Positions 1-9,483 of a stretch of 64,000 nt of DNA are shown in pieces. The DNA is from an uncultured Gammaproteobacteria bacterium (GTDB lineage Bacteria; Pseudomonadota; Gammaproteobacteria; Pseudomonadales; Azotimanducaceae). The notes beneath the pieces were generated by a model. The model saw only the letters and a program-made list of their open reading frames with translations, made no database searches and had not been told where the DNA came from. Both the position numbers and the translations under genes were made by a program. Location of the stretch: NCBI GenBank assembly GCA_913052265.1, contig CAJXDK010000002.1, forward strand, positions 33,241 to 97,240, in the 5' to 3' direction. Numbering within the stretch: position 1 is the first letter of the stretch; each line of letters starts with the position of its first letter.

Positions 1-435
1 GTTGAGCCTCTGTATTTACCCGGCACTGAAACCGAGTTGGCGCAGCTGATATTTCGTGCTGACTATGCGGCCTCTGCCCTACATGAAATTGCCCACTGGT
101 GTTTGGCTGGCTACGAGCGCCGGTTGCAAACCGATTTTGGATATCGCTATATCCAACCGCCTCGTTCCGTGCCAGAGCAGGCGCGCTTCTACCGGTTGGA
201 ATTGCGCAGCCAATCTCTGGAATGGCACTTCTCCCAAGCGGCTGGAGTGGCGTTCAATGTCAGTACAGATAACTTCGCCGATGATGGCAATGTTGCTGCA
301 GATATTTTAAGTCTGGAAAAAACGTTCTCGAAACAGTTATCCCAGCAACATGAGCACACCCGTAACTGGTTGCGCACGGATGGCGGTCGCCGTGCAGAGA
401 CCTTCATTACAGCGCTGGGTCAAGCGCGTGGATAA
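1..435 (+). CDS. epmC: Elongation factor P hydroxylase (5'-truncated by window edge)
   Basis: Frame 1 is open from base 1 (VEPLYLPG...). SALHEIAHWCLAG..R..DFGY and F.VS.DN motifs of the EpmC/YfcM family. Confidence 0.85.
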   Translation, partial: VEPLYLPGTETELAQLIFRADYAASALHEIAHWCLAGYERRLQTDFGYRYIQPPRSVPEQARFYRLELRSQSLEWHFSQAAGVAFNVSTDNFADDGNVAADILSLEKTFSKQLSQQHEHTRNWLRTDGGRRAETFITALGQARG

Positions 436-1504
436 GGTGGATTGCATTGTCATTGGCGCCGGCGTTGTCGGTTTGGCGGTTGCCGCCGCGTTGGCGAAAA
501 ATGGCCGAGAAGTGATTGTTTTAGAGCAACACGAACTGATTGGAAGTGAGACCAGTTCGCGAAATTCGGAAGTTATCCACGCCGGCATTTATTACCCGAC
601 GAACAGTTTGAAAGCGCGATTCTGTGTGCGCGGAAAGCAGTTGCTGTACGACTACTGCGCGAGTCACGGCATCGAGCATAGACGCTGCGGTAAAATCATC
701 GTTGCCGCCAACGAATCCCAGCGTTCGACAGTTGAGCAATATATCCCCAAAGCCGCGGCCAACGGCGTCACCGATTTGTACTGGATTGACGAGGCGGAAC
801 TAGCCGCGCTTGAGCCCGAAGTCCGGGGCATTGGTGCAGTGGTGTCGCCGTCCACCGGAATTGTAGATTCGCACGGGTTTATGTTGAGCCTCCAGGGGGA
901 AATGGAGGCCAGTGGAGGCGTGCTTGCGTTGGCGTCTGCGGTTAAGTCGATAGAGTCGTTGGGTACTGGCTCAGCTGTCCATGGGGACGGCTTTTCCATA
1001 GCTGCTGATTGGGTGATAAATTGCGCGGGTCTGACAGCGCCAGATCTTTCTGCAGGTCTGGCGGGCGTCCCTAAAGCGCATTTCGCAAAGGGACACTACT
1101 ATTCGTACACCGGCCCCCAACCATTTTCGCGGCTGGTTTATCCCGTTGCTGAAGCCGGTGGTTTAGGGGTCCACGTTACGCTGGATCTCGCCGGTCAGAT
1201 TAAATTTGGTCCGGATGTGCGCTGGTTGCCAGAGATTGATTACACCTTCGATGATTCACATAAGGAAGATTTTGCCGCGGCAATTCGAGCGTATTTCCCG
1301 GGGTTGGATCCGGCGCGTTTGCAACCCAGCTATACCGGTATCCGACCGAAGATCAGTGGTCCTAGCGAAACCGCAGCAGATTTTATGCTGCACGGGCCCA
1401 GGCAGCACGGCGCTGCAGGTCGCCTAAATCTTCTGGGAATAGAATCGCCCGGCCTTACCGCGTCACTGGCTCTGGCCGAAGCGGTCGTGCGGGAGCTGTC
1501 ATGA
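428..1504 (+). CDS. lhgO: FAD-dependent oxidoreductase, L-2-hydroxyglutarate oxidase (LhgO) family
   Basis: GAGVVG dinucleotide fold, ETSSRNSEVIHAGIYY, GVHVTLDL, GIRPK, GIESPGLTASLA. Start placed at GTG 428, overlapping the epmC stop. Confidence 0.8.
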   Translation: MDKVDCIVIGAGVVGLAVAAALAKNGREVIVLEQHELIGSETSSRNSEVIHAGIYYPTNSLKARFCVRGKQLLYDYCASHGIEHRRCGKIIVAANESQRSTVEQYIPKAAANGVTDLYWIDEAELAALEPEVRGIGAVVSPSTGIVDSHGFMLSLQGEMEASGGVLALASAVKSIESLGTGSAVHGDGFSIAADWVINCAGLTAPDLSAGLAGVPKAHFAKGHYYSYTGPQPFSRLVYPVAEAGGLGVHVTLDLAGQIKFGPDVRWLPEIDYTFDDSHKEDFAAAIRAYFPGLDPARLQPSYTGIRPKISGPSETAADFMLHGPRQHGAAGRLNLLGIESPGLTASLALAEAVVRELS

Positions 1505-2676
1505 AAGTTGCTTTATTAGTCAATCCCCTAGCTGGTCTTGGCGGTACGGTTGGATTGAAAGGCAGCGATGGTGCAGAGCTCCAGGCCGAGGCGCGTTCGC
1601 GAGCTGGGCAGGCGCGCGGTGCTGCGCGAGTGGCGGTTTTTCTGCAGCACTTGGGGGCATTTGCTGGCGATCAGCCAGACTCTTTTCTGGACCCCTCGGT
1701 GCGGCCGATTGAGTGGGTGACGTGGGGCGGACCTATGGGTGCGGATTGCCTACAAGAATCGGGCCTTGATTTCGAGCAATTAGGCGAGGCTGTTGCCCCA
1801 ACCACCGCCGATGACACGGTTCGTGCCACGTTAACGTTTGTCGACCATGGCGTAGATCTTATTGTGTTTGTCGGTGGCGACGGTACTGCTCGGGATGTGT
1901 TGAGCGCGGCTTCAGGCATGACTTCTTTCATCGGACTGCCGGCGGGGGTCAAAATGCACAGCGGCGTTTTCGCCATCTCGCCGCGAGCCGCAGCTCGGGT
2001 GGTCGCGGATTTAGCCAACGGCCGCTTGATTGAGCGGGTGGCCCGAGAAGTGCGCGACTATGTAGAGCCGGAAGCTGGGGCCATGGCGGTTGGCGATCGC
2101 ATAATTCGAACACGAAGTTACGGTGAGTTATGGGTGCCGGAGGTGAATGACTTGCTGCAGCAGACCAAGGTTGGCGGCAAAGAAACCGAGGCACTGGCTG
2201 TGACTGAGATTGCCAGTTATGTCACGGAACATTGGTTTGACGATGATCAGACCGCGTTAATCATAGGTCCTGGAAGCACGTGTCTGGAGATTAAACGAGG
2301 TCTCGGGATTTCTGGCACGCTGCTTGGTTTTGATGTGCGCCTGCCGGATCACTCTTTTATCATTGACGCTACTGCTCAGCAGTTACTTGCGGTGACGCAG
2401 CAGGGCTCTGCGCACGTGGTCTTAAGCTTTACGCGTCAACAAGCTTTTTTGCTTGGGCGCGGTAATCAGCAATTAACGCCAGCCGTATTGTCTAATCTTC
2501 GCTGGCCGCATGACTTTACAGTCGTGAGTTCGAGACACAAGTTGCTAGGGCTAGAACAGCGGCCGTTGCTGGTGGATTCTGACGATGAGGTGTTGGACGC
2601 AAGACTCTCTGGTCTAGTAGAAGTGCTTACGGGTTATGATGAGCGCTCTTTATACCGAGTTACGAGTCCGATTTAA
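1501..2676 (+). CDS. ATP-NAD kinase / AcoX family protein
   Basis: N-terminal NP.AGLGG.VGLKGSDG, GGDGTARD kinase motif, GVKMHSGVFA. ATGA overlap with the upstream gene. Confidence 0.8.
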   Translation: MKVALLVNPLAGLGGTVGLKGSDGAELQAEARSRAGQARGAARVAVFLQHLGAFAGDQPDSFLDPSVRPIEWVTWGGPMGADCLQESGLDFEQLGEAVAPTTADDTVRATLTFVDHGVDLIVFVGGDGTARDVLSAASGMTSFIGLPAGVKMHSGVFAISPRAAARVVADLANGRLIERVAREVRDYVEPEAGAMAVGDRIIRTRSYGELWVPEVNDLLQQTKVGGKETEALAVTEIASYVTEHWFDDDQTALIIGPGSTCLEIKRGLGISGTLLGFDVRLPDHSFIIDATAQQLLAVTQQGSAHVVLSFTRQQAFLLGRGNQQLTPAVLSNLRWPHDFTVVSSRHKLLGLEQRPLLVDSDDEVLDARLSGLVEVLTGYDERSLYRVTSPI

Positions 2677-2685
2677 CCGCGCGGG

Positions 2686-3927
2686 TTATTGTCGGTACGT
2701 TTCGAGAAAACTTTTCAGTCGACCGAGTGCGTCCTTTAATTGTTCGACGTGGGGCAAAAATACGACTCTAAAGTGGTCCGCGCGCGGCCAGTTAAAACCA
2801 CTGCCTTGCACCATAAGCACTTTCTCCTGCAGCAGTAGGTCGAGGACGAACTGCTCGTCATCATGAATATTAAATTTAGCGGTATCGATTTTGGGGAAGA
2901 GATACAACGCTCCTTTAGGTTTGACGCAAGAGATACCGTCGATGTCATTGAGTAATTGCCAAGCGACGTTGCGCTGTTCGTAGAGACGACCACCTGGTGA
3001 AGTGAGCTCGTAGATACTTTGGTAACCGCCAAGTGCGGTTTGAATAGCGTGCTGTGCCGGTACATTCGCGCACAAGCGAGTGGATGCAAGAATATCCAGT
3101 CCTTCGATATAGTCGCCTGCGCGCGGACGAGCACCGCTCACAACCATCCACCCGGAGCGAAAACCGGCCACCCGATAAGACTTCGACAAGCCGCTAAATG
3201 TCAACATGAGCAAGTCATCCGCAAGTGATGCCAATGGGGTATAGGGCTCCTCATCGAACAGAATTTTGTCGTAAATCTCGTCTGCAAACATCACGAGGTC
3301 GAACTCGCGACCAATCGCCACAAGCTGCTCCAGCATTTCGCGCTGATAAACCGCTCCCGTTGGGTTGTTCGGATTTATAACCACCAGAGCTTTAGTTCGC
3401 GGTGTGACTTTGCTGCGCAAATCGGCCAGATCCGGTTGCCAAGCGTTTTCTTCGTCGCATAGATAGTGGACCGCCTTGCCGCCACAAAGATTTACCGCAG
3501 CACTCCATAGCGGGAAATCGGGGCTTGGAATAAGCACTTCGTCGCCATCATTTATCAAGGCTTGCATGGACATAGCGACCAATTCGGAAACGCCGTTTCC
3601 GATATAAATGTCATCCACATCGACATCTGCAATACCTACTTGCTGACAATATTGCATAACGGCCTTGCGTGCCGAATACAGTCCTTTCGAATCGCAATAG
3701 CCCTGTGACTGCGGCACGTTGCGAATGACGTCACGCAATATCTCTTCGGGTGCGTTAAATCCCCAAGGGGCTGGGTTTCCGATGTTTAGTTTGAGTACAG
3801 TATGGCCATCGGTCTCGAGCTGGTCCGCTGCTTTAAGTACAGGCCCACGAATGTCGTAACATACATTTTCCAGTTTATCGGACTTTAAGATTGGCCCGGG
3901 CGTCCTTTGCGGTTTGGGGCTGTTCAT
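2686..3927 (-). CDS. alaA: PLP-dependent aminotransferase class I (glutamate-pyruvate aminotransferase AlaA)
   Basis: KS.KL.NVCYDIRGPV, LKLNIGNPAP, INPNNPTG, DEIYDK, GLSKSYRVAGFRSGW. Confidence 0.9.
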   Translation of the reverse strand: MNSPKPQRTPGPILKSDKLENVCYDIRGPVLKAADQLETDGHTVLKLNIGNPAPWGFNAPEEILRDVIRNVPQSQGYCDSKGLYSARKAVMQYCQQVGIADVDVDDIYIGNGVSELVAMSMQALINDGDEVLIPSPDFPLWSAAVNLCGGKAVHYLCDEENAWQPDLADLRSKVTPRTKALVVINPNNPTGAVYQREMLEQLVAIGREFDLVMFADEIYDKILFDEEPYTPLASLADDLLMLTFSGLSKSYRVAGFRSGWMVVSGARPRAGDYIEGLDILASTRLCANVPAQHAIQTALGGYQSIYELTSPGGRLYEQRNVAWQLLNDIDGISCVKPKGALYLFPKIDTAKFNIHDDEQFVLDLLLQEKVLMVQGSGFNWPRADHFRVVFLPHVEQLKDALGRLKSFLETYRQ

Positions 3928-4058
3928 AGCGGTTCCTGTTTGTTGGCTGCCGGGGCACGGGCAAGCGCTAGAATATCAACAGCGCTAAATTAGTTTTTGC
4001 TAGTCTAAAGGCGGTGTTAGCGCTTAGCATCCTTAAAGTCATGGTTTTGGAGAAAAAA

Positions 4059-4466
4059 ATGACGCTTGAAGTGAACAAAATAGTAAAAACAGATGCTGAA
4101 TGGAGGGCCCAGCTTTCAGCAGAAGAGTATGCGGTTGCGCGACAAGCGGGCACGGAAAGACCTTTTACCGGCATGTATTGGGATGAGACACGTCCCGGCA
4201 CCTATCATTGCAAGTGTTGCGACTGCAAACTGTTCGACGCCGAAACTAAGTTCGACGCCGGTTGTGGTTGGCCAAGTTTTTATGCGCCGCTGTCCGCTGA
4301 TGCCCTGACTACACGAGAGGATTTAAGTCTGGGTATGCGCCGAATCGAGGTGTTGTGTGCGCGTTGCGACGCCCATCTGGGGCATGTGTTTCCGGATGGC
4401 CCGCAGCCCACGGGGCTGCGGTATTGTATGAACTCGGTGTCATTGACCTTGGAAGCGGGCCAATAG
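4059..4466 (+). CDS. msrB: Peptide-methionine (R)-S-oxide reductase
   Basis: GTERPFTG, CxxC zinc pairs, [30 protein letters not shown] before ATG 4059. Confidence 0.95.
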   Translation: MTLEVNKIVKTDAEWRAQLSAEEYAVARQAGTERPFTGMYWDETRPGTYHCKCCDCKLFDAETKFDAGCGWPSFYAPLSADALTTREDLSLGMRRIEVLCARCDAHLGHVFPDGPQPTGLRYCMNSVSLTLEAGQ

Positions 4467-4533
4467 CCTGAACGTTAAGGGGTTTATATAACGACCGATA
4501 ACGGTTGGTTTTTGGAAGATTAAAGGGGGAATA

Positions 4534-6060
4534 ATGAGTCCAGCAGAGATAGCCGCGAAAGACCCACAGCGGGCCGCATACATAGTCGCAGAGACCGGTC
4601 AGGTCGTTACTTATGCTGAGTTAGAAGCCGATGCAAACAGAGGCGCGCAGTTTTTTCGCTCGCTTGGTTTGCAGCGTGGCGACCACATTGCGCTGCTGCT
4701 GGAGAATCATCCCGATTTTTTTAAGATTTGTTGGGCGGCGCAGCGCTCAGGCTTGTATTTCACAGCGATTAGTTGGCGCTTACAGCAGGCGGAAGTTGAG
4801 TACATTGTTAATAATTGCGAGGCTCGAGTGTTTATCACGTCTGGGGATAGGCGTGCGGTTGTGGAGCCGTTGCAGGGTCGCATGGCCCATGTTGAAGCGT
4901 GCTTTACGGTGGAAGGGGACATTCCCGGATATAAGTCGTGGCAAGAAACGCTGGCGTCGATGCCGGCAGAACCGATTGCCGACCAGTGCGAGGGCGCAGC
5001 AATGCTCTACTCCTCTGGCACCACGGGTTACCCGAAGGGGGTCAAGCGGCCGTTGCCTGAGCACCCATACGGTGAAGGCGACGAAATAAACCTGGCCGAG
5101 GTACTGTACGGCTGTAATGAGGACTCGATTTATCTATCGCCCGCACCGCTGTATCACGCGGCGCCACTCGCGTTCACCATGGGCTGCCTGCGTAATGGCA
5201 CTACGGTTGTCATGATGCAGCATTTCGAGGCCGAATATGCATTGGAATGCATAGAGAGATATCAAATCACCCACAGTCAATGGGTGCCAACGATGTTTGT
5301 TCGTATGCTTAAGCTACCCGATGAGGTTCGCGCCAAATATAACGTCAGCACCATGCAGGCCGCGATTCATGCGGCGGCGCCGTGCCCGATTCCAATTAAA
5401 GAAAAAATGATCGAATGGTGGGGGCCGGTAATTTTTGAGTACTACGCGGGAACTGAGGGAAACGGTTTTGTGCAGTTAAACTCCGAGGAATGGCTTGCTC
5501 ATAAGGGGTCGGTGGGCAGGCCGTTGAACTGCGAGTTGCATATCTGTAACGACGCGGGGGATGAGGTGCCGGTCGGGGAGTCAGGAACTATATTTTTTGC
5601 TGGTGGTGGCACGTTTGAATATTACAAAGACACCGAAAAAACTCAGGGCTCACTGCATGCGAAAGGTTGGTCTACCCTTGGGGATGTTGGCTATTTGGAT
5701 GAAGACGGCTTTCTCTATCTAACCGACCGCAAGCATTTCATGATTATTTCTGGTGGCGTCAATATATACCCTCAGGAAGCAGAAAACGTCTTGATCAATC
5801 ATGACAAGGTGCTGGATGTAGCGGTTTTCGGTGTACCTAATGCTGATTTTGGCGAAGAGGTGAAAGGCGTAGTGCAGTTGCGCAACCCAGAAGAAGCGAG
5901 CGCGCTACTTGAGGTCGAATTGATTGACTATTGCCGGGAGCACCTATCCGCGATCAAATGTCCGCGTAGTATCGATTTTCGAGACGAATTGCCGCGTCAT
6001 CCAACCGGGAAGCTGTATAAGCGCCTGTTGAAAGATGAATATTGGAATAACGCTGGCTGA
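4534..6060 (+). CDS. Acyl-CoA synthetase (AMP-binding, long-chain fatty acid-CoA ligase-like)
   Basis: YSSGTTGYPKG AMP-binding motif, EYYAGTEG, TLGDVGYLD, IISGGVNIYPQE, PTGKLYKR. Confidence 0.9.
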   Translation: MSPAEIAAKDPQRAAYIVAETGQVVTYAELEADANRGAQFFRSLGLQRGDHIALLLENHPDFFKICWAAQRSGLYFTAISWRLQQAEVEYIVNNCEARVFITSGDRRAVVEPLQGRMAHVEACFTVEGDIPGYKSWQETLASMPAEPIADQCEGAAMLYSSGTTGYPKGVKRPLPEHPYGEGDEINLAEVLYGCNEDSIYLSPAPLYHAAPLAFTMGCLRNGTTVVMMQHFEAEYALECIERYQITHSQWVPTMFVRMLKLPDEVRAKYNVSTMQAAIHAAAPCPIPIKEKMIEWWGPVIFEYYAGTEGNGFVQLNSEEWLAHKGSVGRPLNCELHICNDAGDEVPVGESGTIFFAGGGTFEYYKDTEKTQGSLHAKGWSTLGDVGYLDEDGFLYLTDRKHFMIISGGVNIYPQEAENVLINHDKVLDVAVFGVPNADFGEEVKGVVQLRNPEEASALLEVELIDYCREHLSAIKCPRSIDFRDELPRHPTGKLYKRLLKDEYWNNAG

Positions 6061-6065
6061 GCCTC

Positions 6066-6995
6066 TCAGAGTTTACGCAACAGGTTGGCCGGCGAATATT
6101 GATCGCTGAGCGGGCGTTTACGCAGGTTCCAGTCAGGCCGAGCGCCATCGGCTAAAGCGACTTCTTTAGCGATGCGGATAATCGACACATCGAAGGGGCG
6201 AAGACCCGCCTCCAAAGTTTCGGCGCGTGCCAACAGCTCTTCTCTGGTGTACGTTGTGCGCATTTCCGAACTGCGTTGAGCTTGCGGGATTAAAATGACG
6301 CGATTGCCGGTATCTTTGCGTCGATAGTTAATAAAGTCTCCAAACACTTGTCGATAGCTGTTGGATTCGTGATGATAAAGATTGCTCGACGAGAAGGTGT
6401 TGGCCACTAAAGTACCATCGGCCGTCAATAAATCGCGCATCTCTCGAAGGTATTCCACGGTCATTAAATGTTCTGGAATATAGTCACCATTGAATGCGTC
6501 TAAGACGATGAGGTCGTAACGTTGCCCTCTGATTTTGGCCCGTTTGCCAAACACTCTAGCGTCTTCGGTAAAGACACGATTCTGATCATCTGTGCGGTAG
6601 CCAAAGTAGTCGGTGGCTACTCGAACAACTGCGGGATCGATTTCTACGGTATCTATAACGGCTGCTGGGACGAGCTCGCGAAGTGCCATAGGCAGAGTGC
6701 CACCGCCGAGTCCAACAATAAGTATGCTCTTGGGCGATGGGTTGAAGAGCAGCGCAGCCATGCTCATCTGGGCATAGGTAAACACCATTCTCTTGGGTTG
6801 CGCCAGGTCCTTACAGCTCTGGTTGCTGTCCGATCGGACCAACGTAAACTTTAAGCACAGAAGATTTTTATTCTGATGCACTAGGATTCGAGTATACAGC
6901 GAGCGTTCTTCGTGCAGCACGCCGTAGCGGTCTGGCGCCGCATTTATTTGGGCGGCCCAAAACAGTGACAGTAAAAAACACAGCCGAAGGCTCAT
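6066..6995 (-). CDS. Spermidine-synthase-like SAM-binding protein with N-terminal signal peptide (soluble half of the fused MFS/spermidine synthase family)
   Basis: LIVGLGGGTL, VEIDPAV, EDAR, YDLIVLDAF, HL.T.EY motifs. Hydrophobic N-terminus MSLRLCFLLSLFWAAQINA-A. Confidence 0.75.
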   Translation of the reverse strand: MSLRLCFLLSLFWAAQINAAPDRYGVLHEERSLYTRILVHQNKNLLCLKFTLVRSDSNQSCKDLAQPKRMVFTYAQMSMAALLFNPSPKSILIVGLGGGTLPMALRELVPAAVIDTVEIDPAVVRVATDYFGYRTDDQNRVFTEDARVFGKRAKIRGQRYDLIVLDAFNGDYIPEHLMTVEYLREMRDLLTADGTLVANTFSSSNLYHHESNSYRQVFGDFINYRRKDTGNRVILIPQAQRSSEMRTTYTREELLARAETLEAGLRPFDVSIIRIAKEVALADGARPDWNLRKRPLSDQYSPANLLRKL

Positions 6996-7027
6996 ATGAT
7001 CATAACTTTAGACGCAGCGTTCATGGC

Positions 7028-7621
7028 CTATTTCTCTAGGAATCGGTCTGCGGTAAACGCCAACAGCGCCAGCAGCACCAAGCAACTGATCAGCAACGTA
7101 ATAATGGTATTCACCTCAAACCACAACACAAAGTAAAACGAGGTCATTAACGTGCCGATCGCGCTGCCGAGCGTGGAAACAAAATAAAGCGCACCAGCCA
7201 CACGACCGGATTCTGCAACGTTGTCAACTAACAGTCGAACGGAATAAGGCGAAATCATGCCAAGAATCACGGTGGGCAGGCCAAATAGGACGATGGAGGT
7301 GACCAGTGACCCATAGCGCGGGTCTTCCACGCGAAGAAAGACGAATTCCATTAACGCTGGGGCATAAACTGTAAGAGGGAGTAGCAGCAGTGCGGCGACC
7401 GCAAAAATTGCAGCAAACCTGCTTGAAGACGGATTGTGCACAGATAGCCTGCCGCCAAGCAGGTAGCCGATTGATAGCGACAACATAAAAATAGTGATGA
7501 TGCTGCCCCAAACATAAATGCCGCTGCCGAAATAGGGCGCGAGAATACGCCCTCCCAGCAGCTCGAGAGACATGATCACGAAGCCGCCACTGAAGGCGAG
7601 CAAGTAAATGACCGCGATCAA
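7028..7621 (-). CDS. 6-TM membrane protein (membrane half of the fused MFS/spermidine synthase family)
   Basis: GF..M.LELLGGRILAPYFGS.IYVWGSII, SIGYLLGGR, G.LYFVSTLGSAIGT. About six hydrophobic segments. Confidence 0.8.
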   Translation of the reverse strand: MIAVIYLLAFSGGFVIMSLELLGGRILAPYFGSGIYVWGSIITIFMLSLSIGYLLGGRLSVHNPSSSRFAAIFAVAALLLLPLTVYAPALMEFVFLRVEDPRYGSLVTSIVLFGLPTVILGMISPYSVRLLVDNVAESGRVAGALYFVSTLGSAIGTLMTSFYFVLWFEVNTIITLLISCLVLLALLAFTADRFLEK

Positions 7622-7651
7622 TGGGTTCTCGCGATGTTGGTTGACATCGGT

Positions 7652-8041
7652 TTAGTTCTGGTCTTCGGTGGGCGCGCCACTGTCTTTCCAGCCCCGATAG
7701 CCATCGCCAATGTGGCAGACGTTTTCAAGGCCCATATCTTGGACCGTTTTCGTCGATAAAGCTGAGCGCCAGCCGCTTTGGCAATAAAACACGAGTTTTT
7801 TACCCGACGCGAAAACCTCTTTGTGATACGGCGAAGATGGGTCGACCCAGAATTCCAGCATACCGCGAGGGGCATGGAAGGCGTTGGGAATTTTGCCTTC
7901 CCGCTGCAACTCACGCGGATCGCGTAAGTCGACAAATAGCGTGTTGCCGTCTTCGAGCATTGCCTCGGCTTGGTCGATATCTAGGGTTTCAATTTCAGCC
8001 AGCGCCTGATCAATCAGATCGCGATGCGTCACTTTAAGCAT
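7652..8041 (-). CDS. Rhodanese-like domain protein
   Basis: FVDLRDPRE, RGMLEFWVDP, YCQSGWRS active-site loop. Start at ATG 8041. Confidence 0.85.
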   Translation of the reverse strand: MLKVTHRDLIDQALAEIETLDIDQAEAMLEDGNTLFVDLRDPRELQREGKIPNAFHAPRGMLEFWVDPSSPYHKEVFASGKKLVFYCQSGWRSALSTKTVQDMGLENVCHIGDGYRGWKDSGAPTEDQN

Positions 8042-8055
8042 AGGAGTCCCCTCGA

Positions 8056-8826
8056 TTATTTGCCCTGCCAATTGGGTGGGCGCTTTTCGGCAAAGGCTTT
8101 TGGCCCTTCGATAAAATCGGTGCTGCCGACCATGGCTTGCACGCTTGCATATTTAGCTTCCATGGCGTCTTGCAGTGAGGCGCTGTCGAGGCTTTTATAG
8201 ACAACATCCTTGCTGGCCCGAATAGACAGCGGTGCGCATGCAATAATCTGTTGCGCCCAGTTCATTGCCGCGGACATAAGTTGCTCGTGCGGTACGACTT
8301 CGTTGACGAAGCCCAGTTGTACGCCTTCTTCGGCACTGACGTGACGCCCCGTCAAAATCATTCCCAGCGCTCGCTTGGGGCCAATCTGCCTTGGTAATCT
8401 GTTCAATCCGCCGGCCAGTGCAGCGAGGCCTACCTTAGGTTCCGGGAGAGCGAACTTGGCCTGATCCGACGCAATGATCAGATCACAAGCCAGTGCGATT
8501 TCGAATCCGCCGCCCATGGCGACACCATTGACGGCGGCGATCACGGGCTTATGCATATCAAAGCGCGAGGTCAAGCCACCAAAGCCACGAGGCATGGGAA
8601 CTCGCTCGCCACCTTCGGCTTGATAGCGCAGGTCATTGCCCGCGCTAAAGCCGCGACCTTCGCCGGTAATTATAGCCACCCAGAGGTCATCGTCTGCGGC
8701 AAACTCGTCGAATACCTTACCCAACTCGGCGTTACCAGGGGGGTGTAGCGCGTTCAACCGATCGGGCCGATTGATCCGTACAGTCATGATGTGATCGGCT
8801 TTCTCTACTATGCAATATTCGCCCAT
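8056..8826 (-). CDS. Enoyl-CoA hydratase/crotonase (CaiD-like)
   Basis: FSAGNDL, KPVIAAVNGVAMGGGFE, FALPEPKVGL, EGPKAFAEKR.P.W.GK. Confidence 0.9.
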   Translation of the reverse strand: MGEYCIVEKADHIMTVRINRPDRLNALHPPGNAELGKVFDEFAADDDLWVAIITGEGRGFSAGNDLRYQAEGGERVPMPRGFGGLTSRFDMHKPVIAAVNGVAMGGGFEIALACDLIIASDQAKFALPEPKVGLAALAGGLNRLPRQIGPKRALGMILTGRHVSAEEGVQLGFVNEVVPHEQLMSAAMNWAQQIIACAPLSIRASKDVVYKSLDSASLQDAMEAKYASVQAMVGSTDFIEGPKAFAEKRPPNWQGK

Positions 8827-8868
8827 ATTCCCTCTCCCTTCCTGATGTAAACGATAGTTTCTGTAACC

Positions 8869-9483
8869 TTAACCGAACATGCCCAAGTGTGAACAGTCGT
8901 CGAAGCCGCCAAGAGAGGGTTTATCGTTGAAAGTAAGCTCTGTTAAGCCGCAATTGTGGAAATGGTAGTTGCCCCAGCGGCTGGGGTCATCATCTAAGAA
9001 AGTCGCTAAAGCGATGGCCATGGCGGCACCATGACTGACCACAAGCACGGTGCTGCCGTCGCTGTGACATCGGACGATTTGCTCAATGCTATGACGCATG
9101 CGTAGCGCAACGTCGGCGAGGCTTTCGCCGTTTGGTGGTCGCCATTGCGGATCTTGAGTGCATCGCTCATTTAATTGGTGGTCGATTTGTAACTGTCGAT
9201 ATTTTTTGCCTTCCCAGTCCCCGATGGACATTTCAGCAAGCCCATCAATGATCTTGGGTTGCTGAGACAGGTGGACAGTAGCCAACCTGCTGGTGTGCCT
9301 GCAGCGCTGCAGCGGACTCGTGTACACAGCATCGATCTCTCGATTTTTGCGCAGTGCGCTGGACGTTAAGACAGCTTGGATACGGCCTTTGAGGGTCAGC
9401 GCGCTGTCGGTAGAGCCATGCCACCGGCCTTGTCTATTGGCGCGTATCTGGCCGTGGCGCAACAAAAGTAGGGTTATGCTCAT
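8869..9483 (-). CDS. Histidine phosphatase (phosphoglycerate mutase family)
   Basis: LLRHGQ catalytic motif, SPLQRC, GES, VVSHG. Confidence 0.9.
   Translation of the reverse strand: MSITLLLLRHGQIRANRQGRWHGSTDSALTLKGRIQAVLTSSALRKNREIDAVYTSPLQRCRHTSRLATVHLSQQPKIIDGLAEMSIGDWEGKKYRQLQIDHQLNERCTQDPQWRPPNGESLADVALRMRHSIEQIVRCHSDGSTVLVVSHGAAMAIALATFLDDDPSRWGNYHFHNCGLTELTFNDKPSLGGFDDCSHLGMFG

Noticed and set aside
350-427. N-terminal extensions given by the ORF track (also for msrB, apbE, rne, pepQ, fabF, uvrC, gcdH)
   Set aside because: Family alignments and RBS positions favour downstream starts, so the extensions are treated as ORF-calling artefacts.
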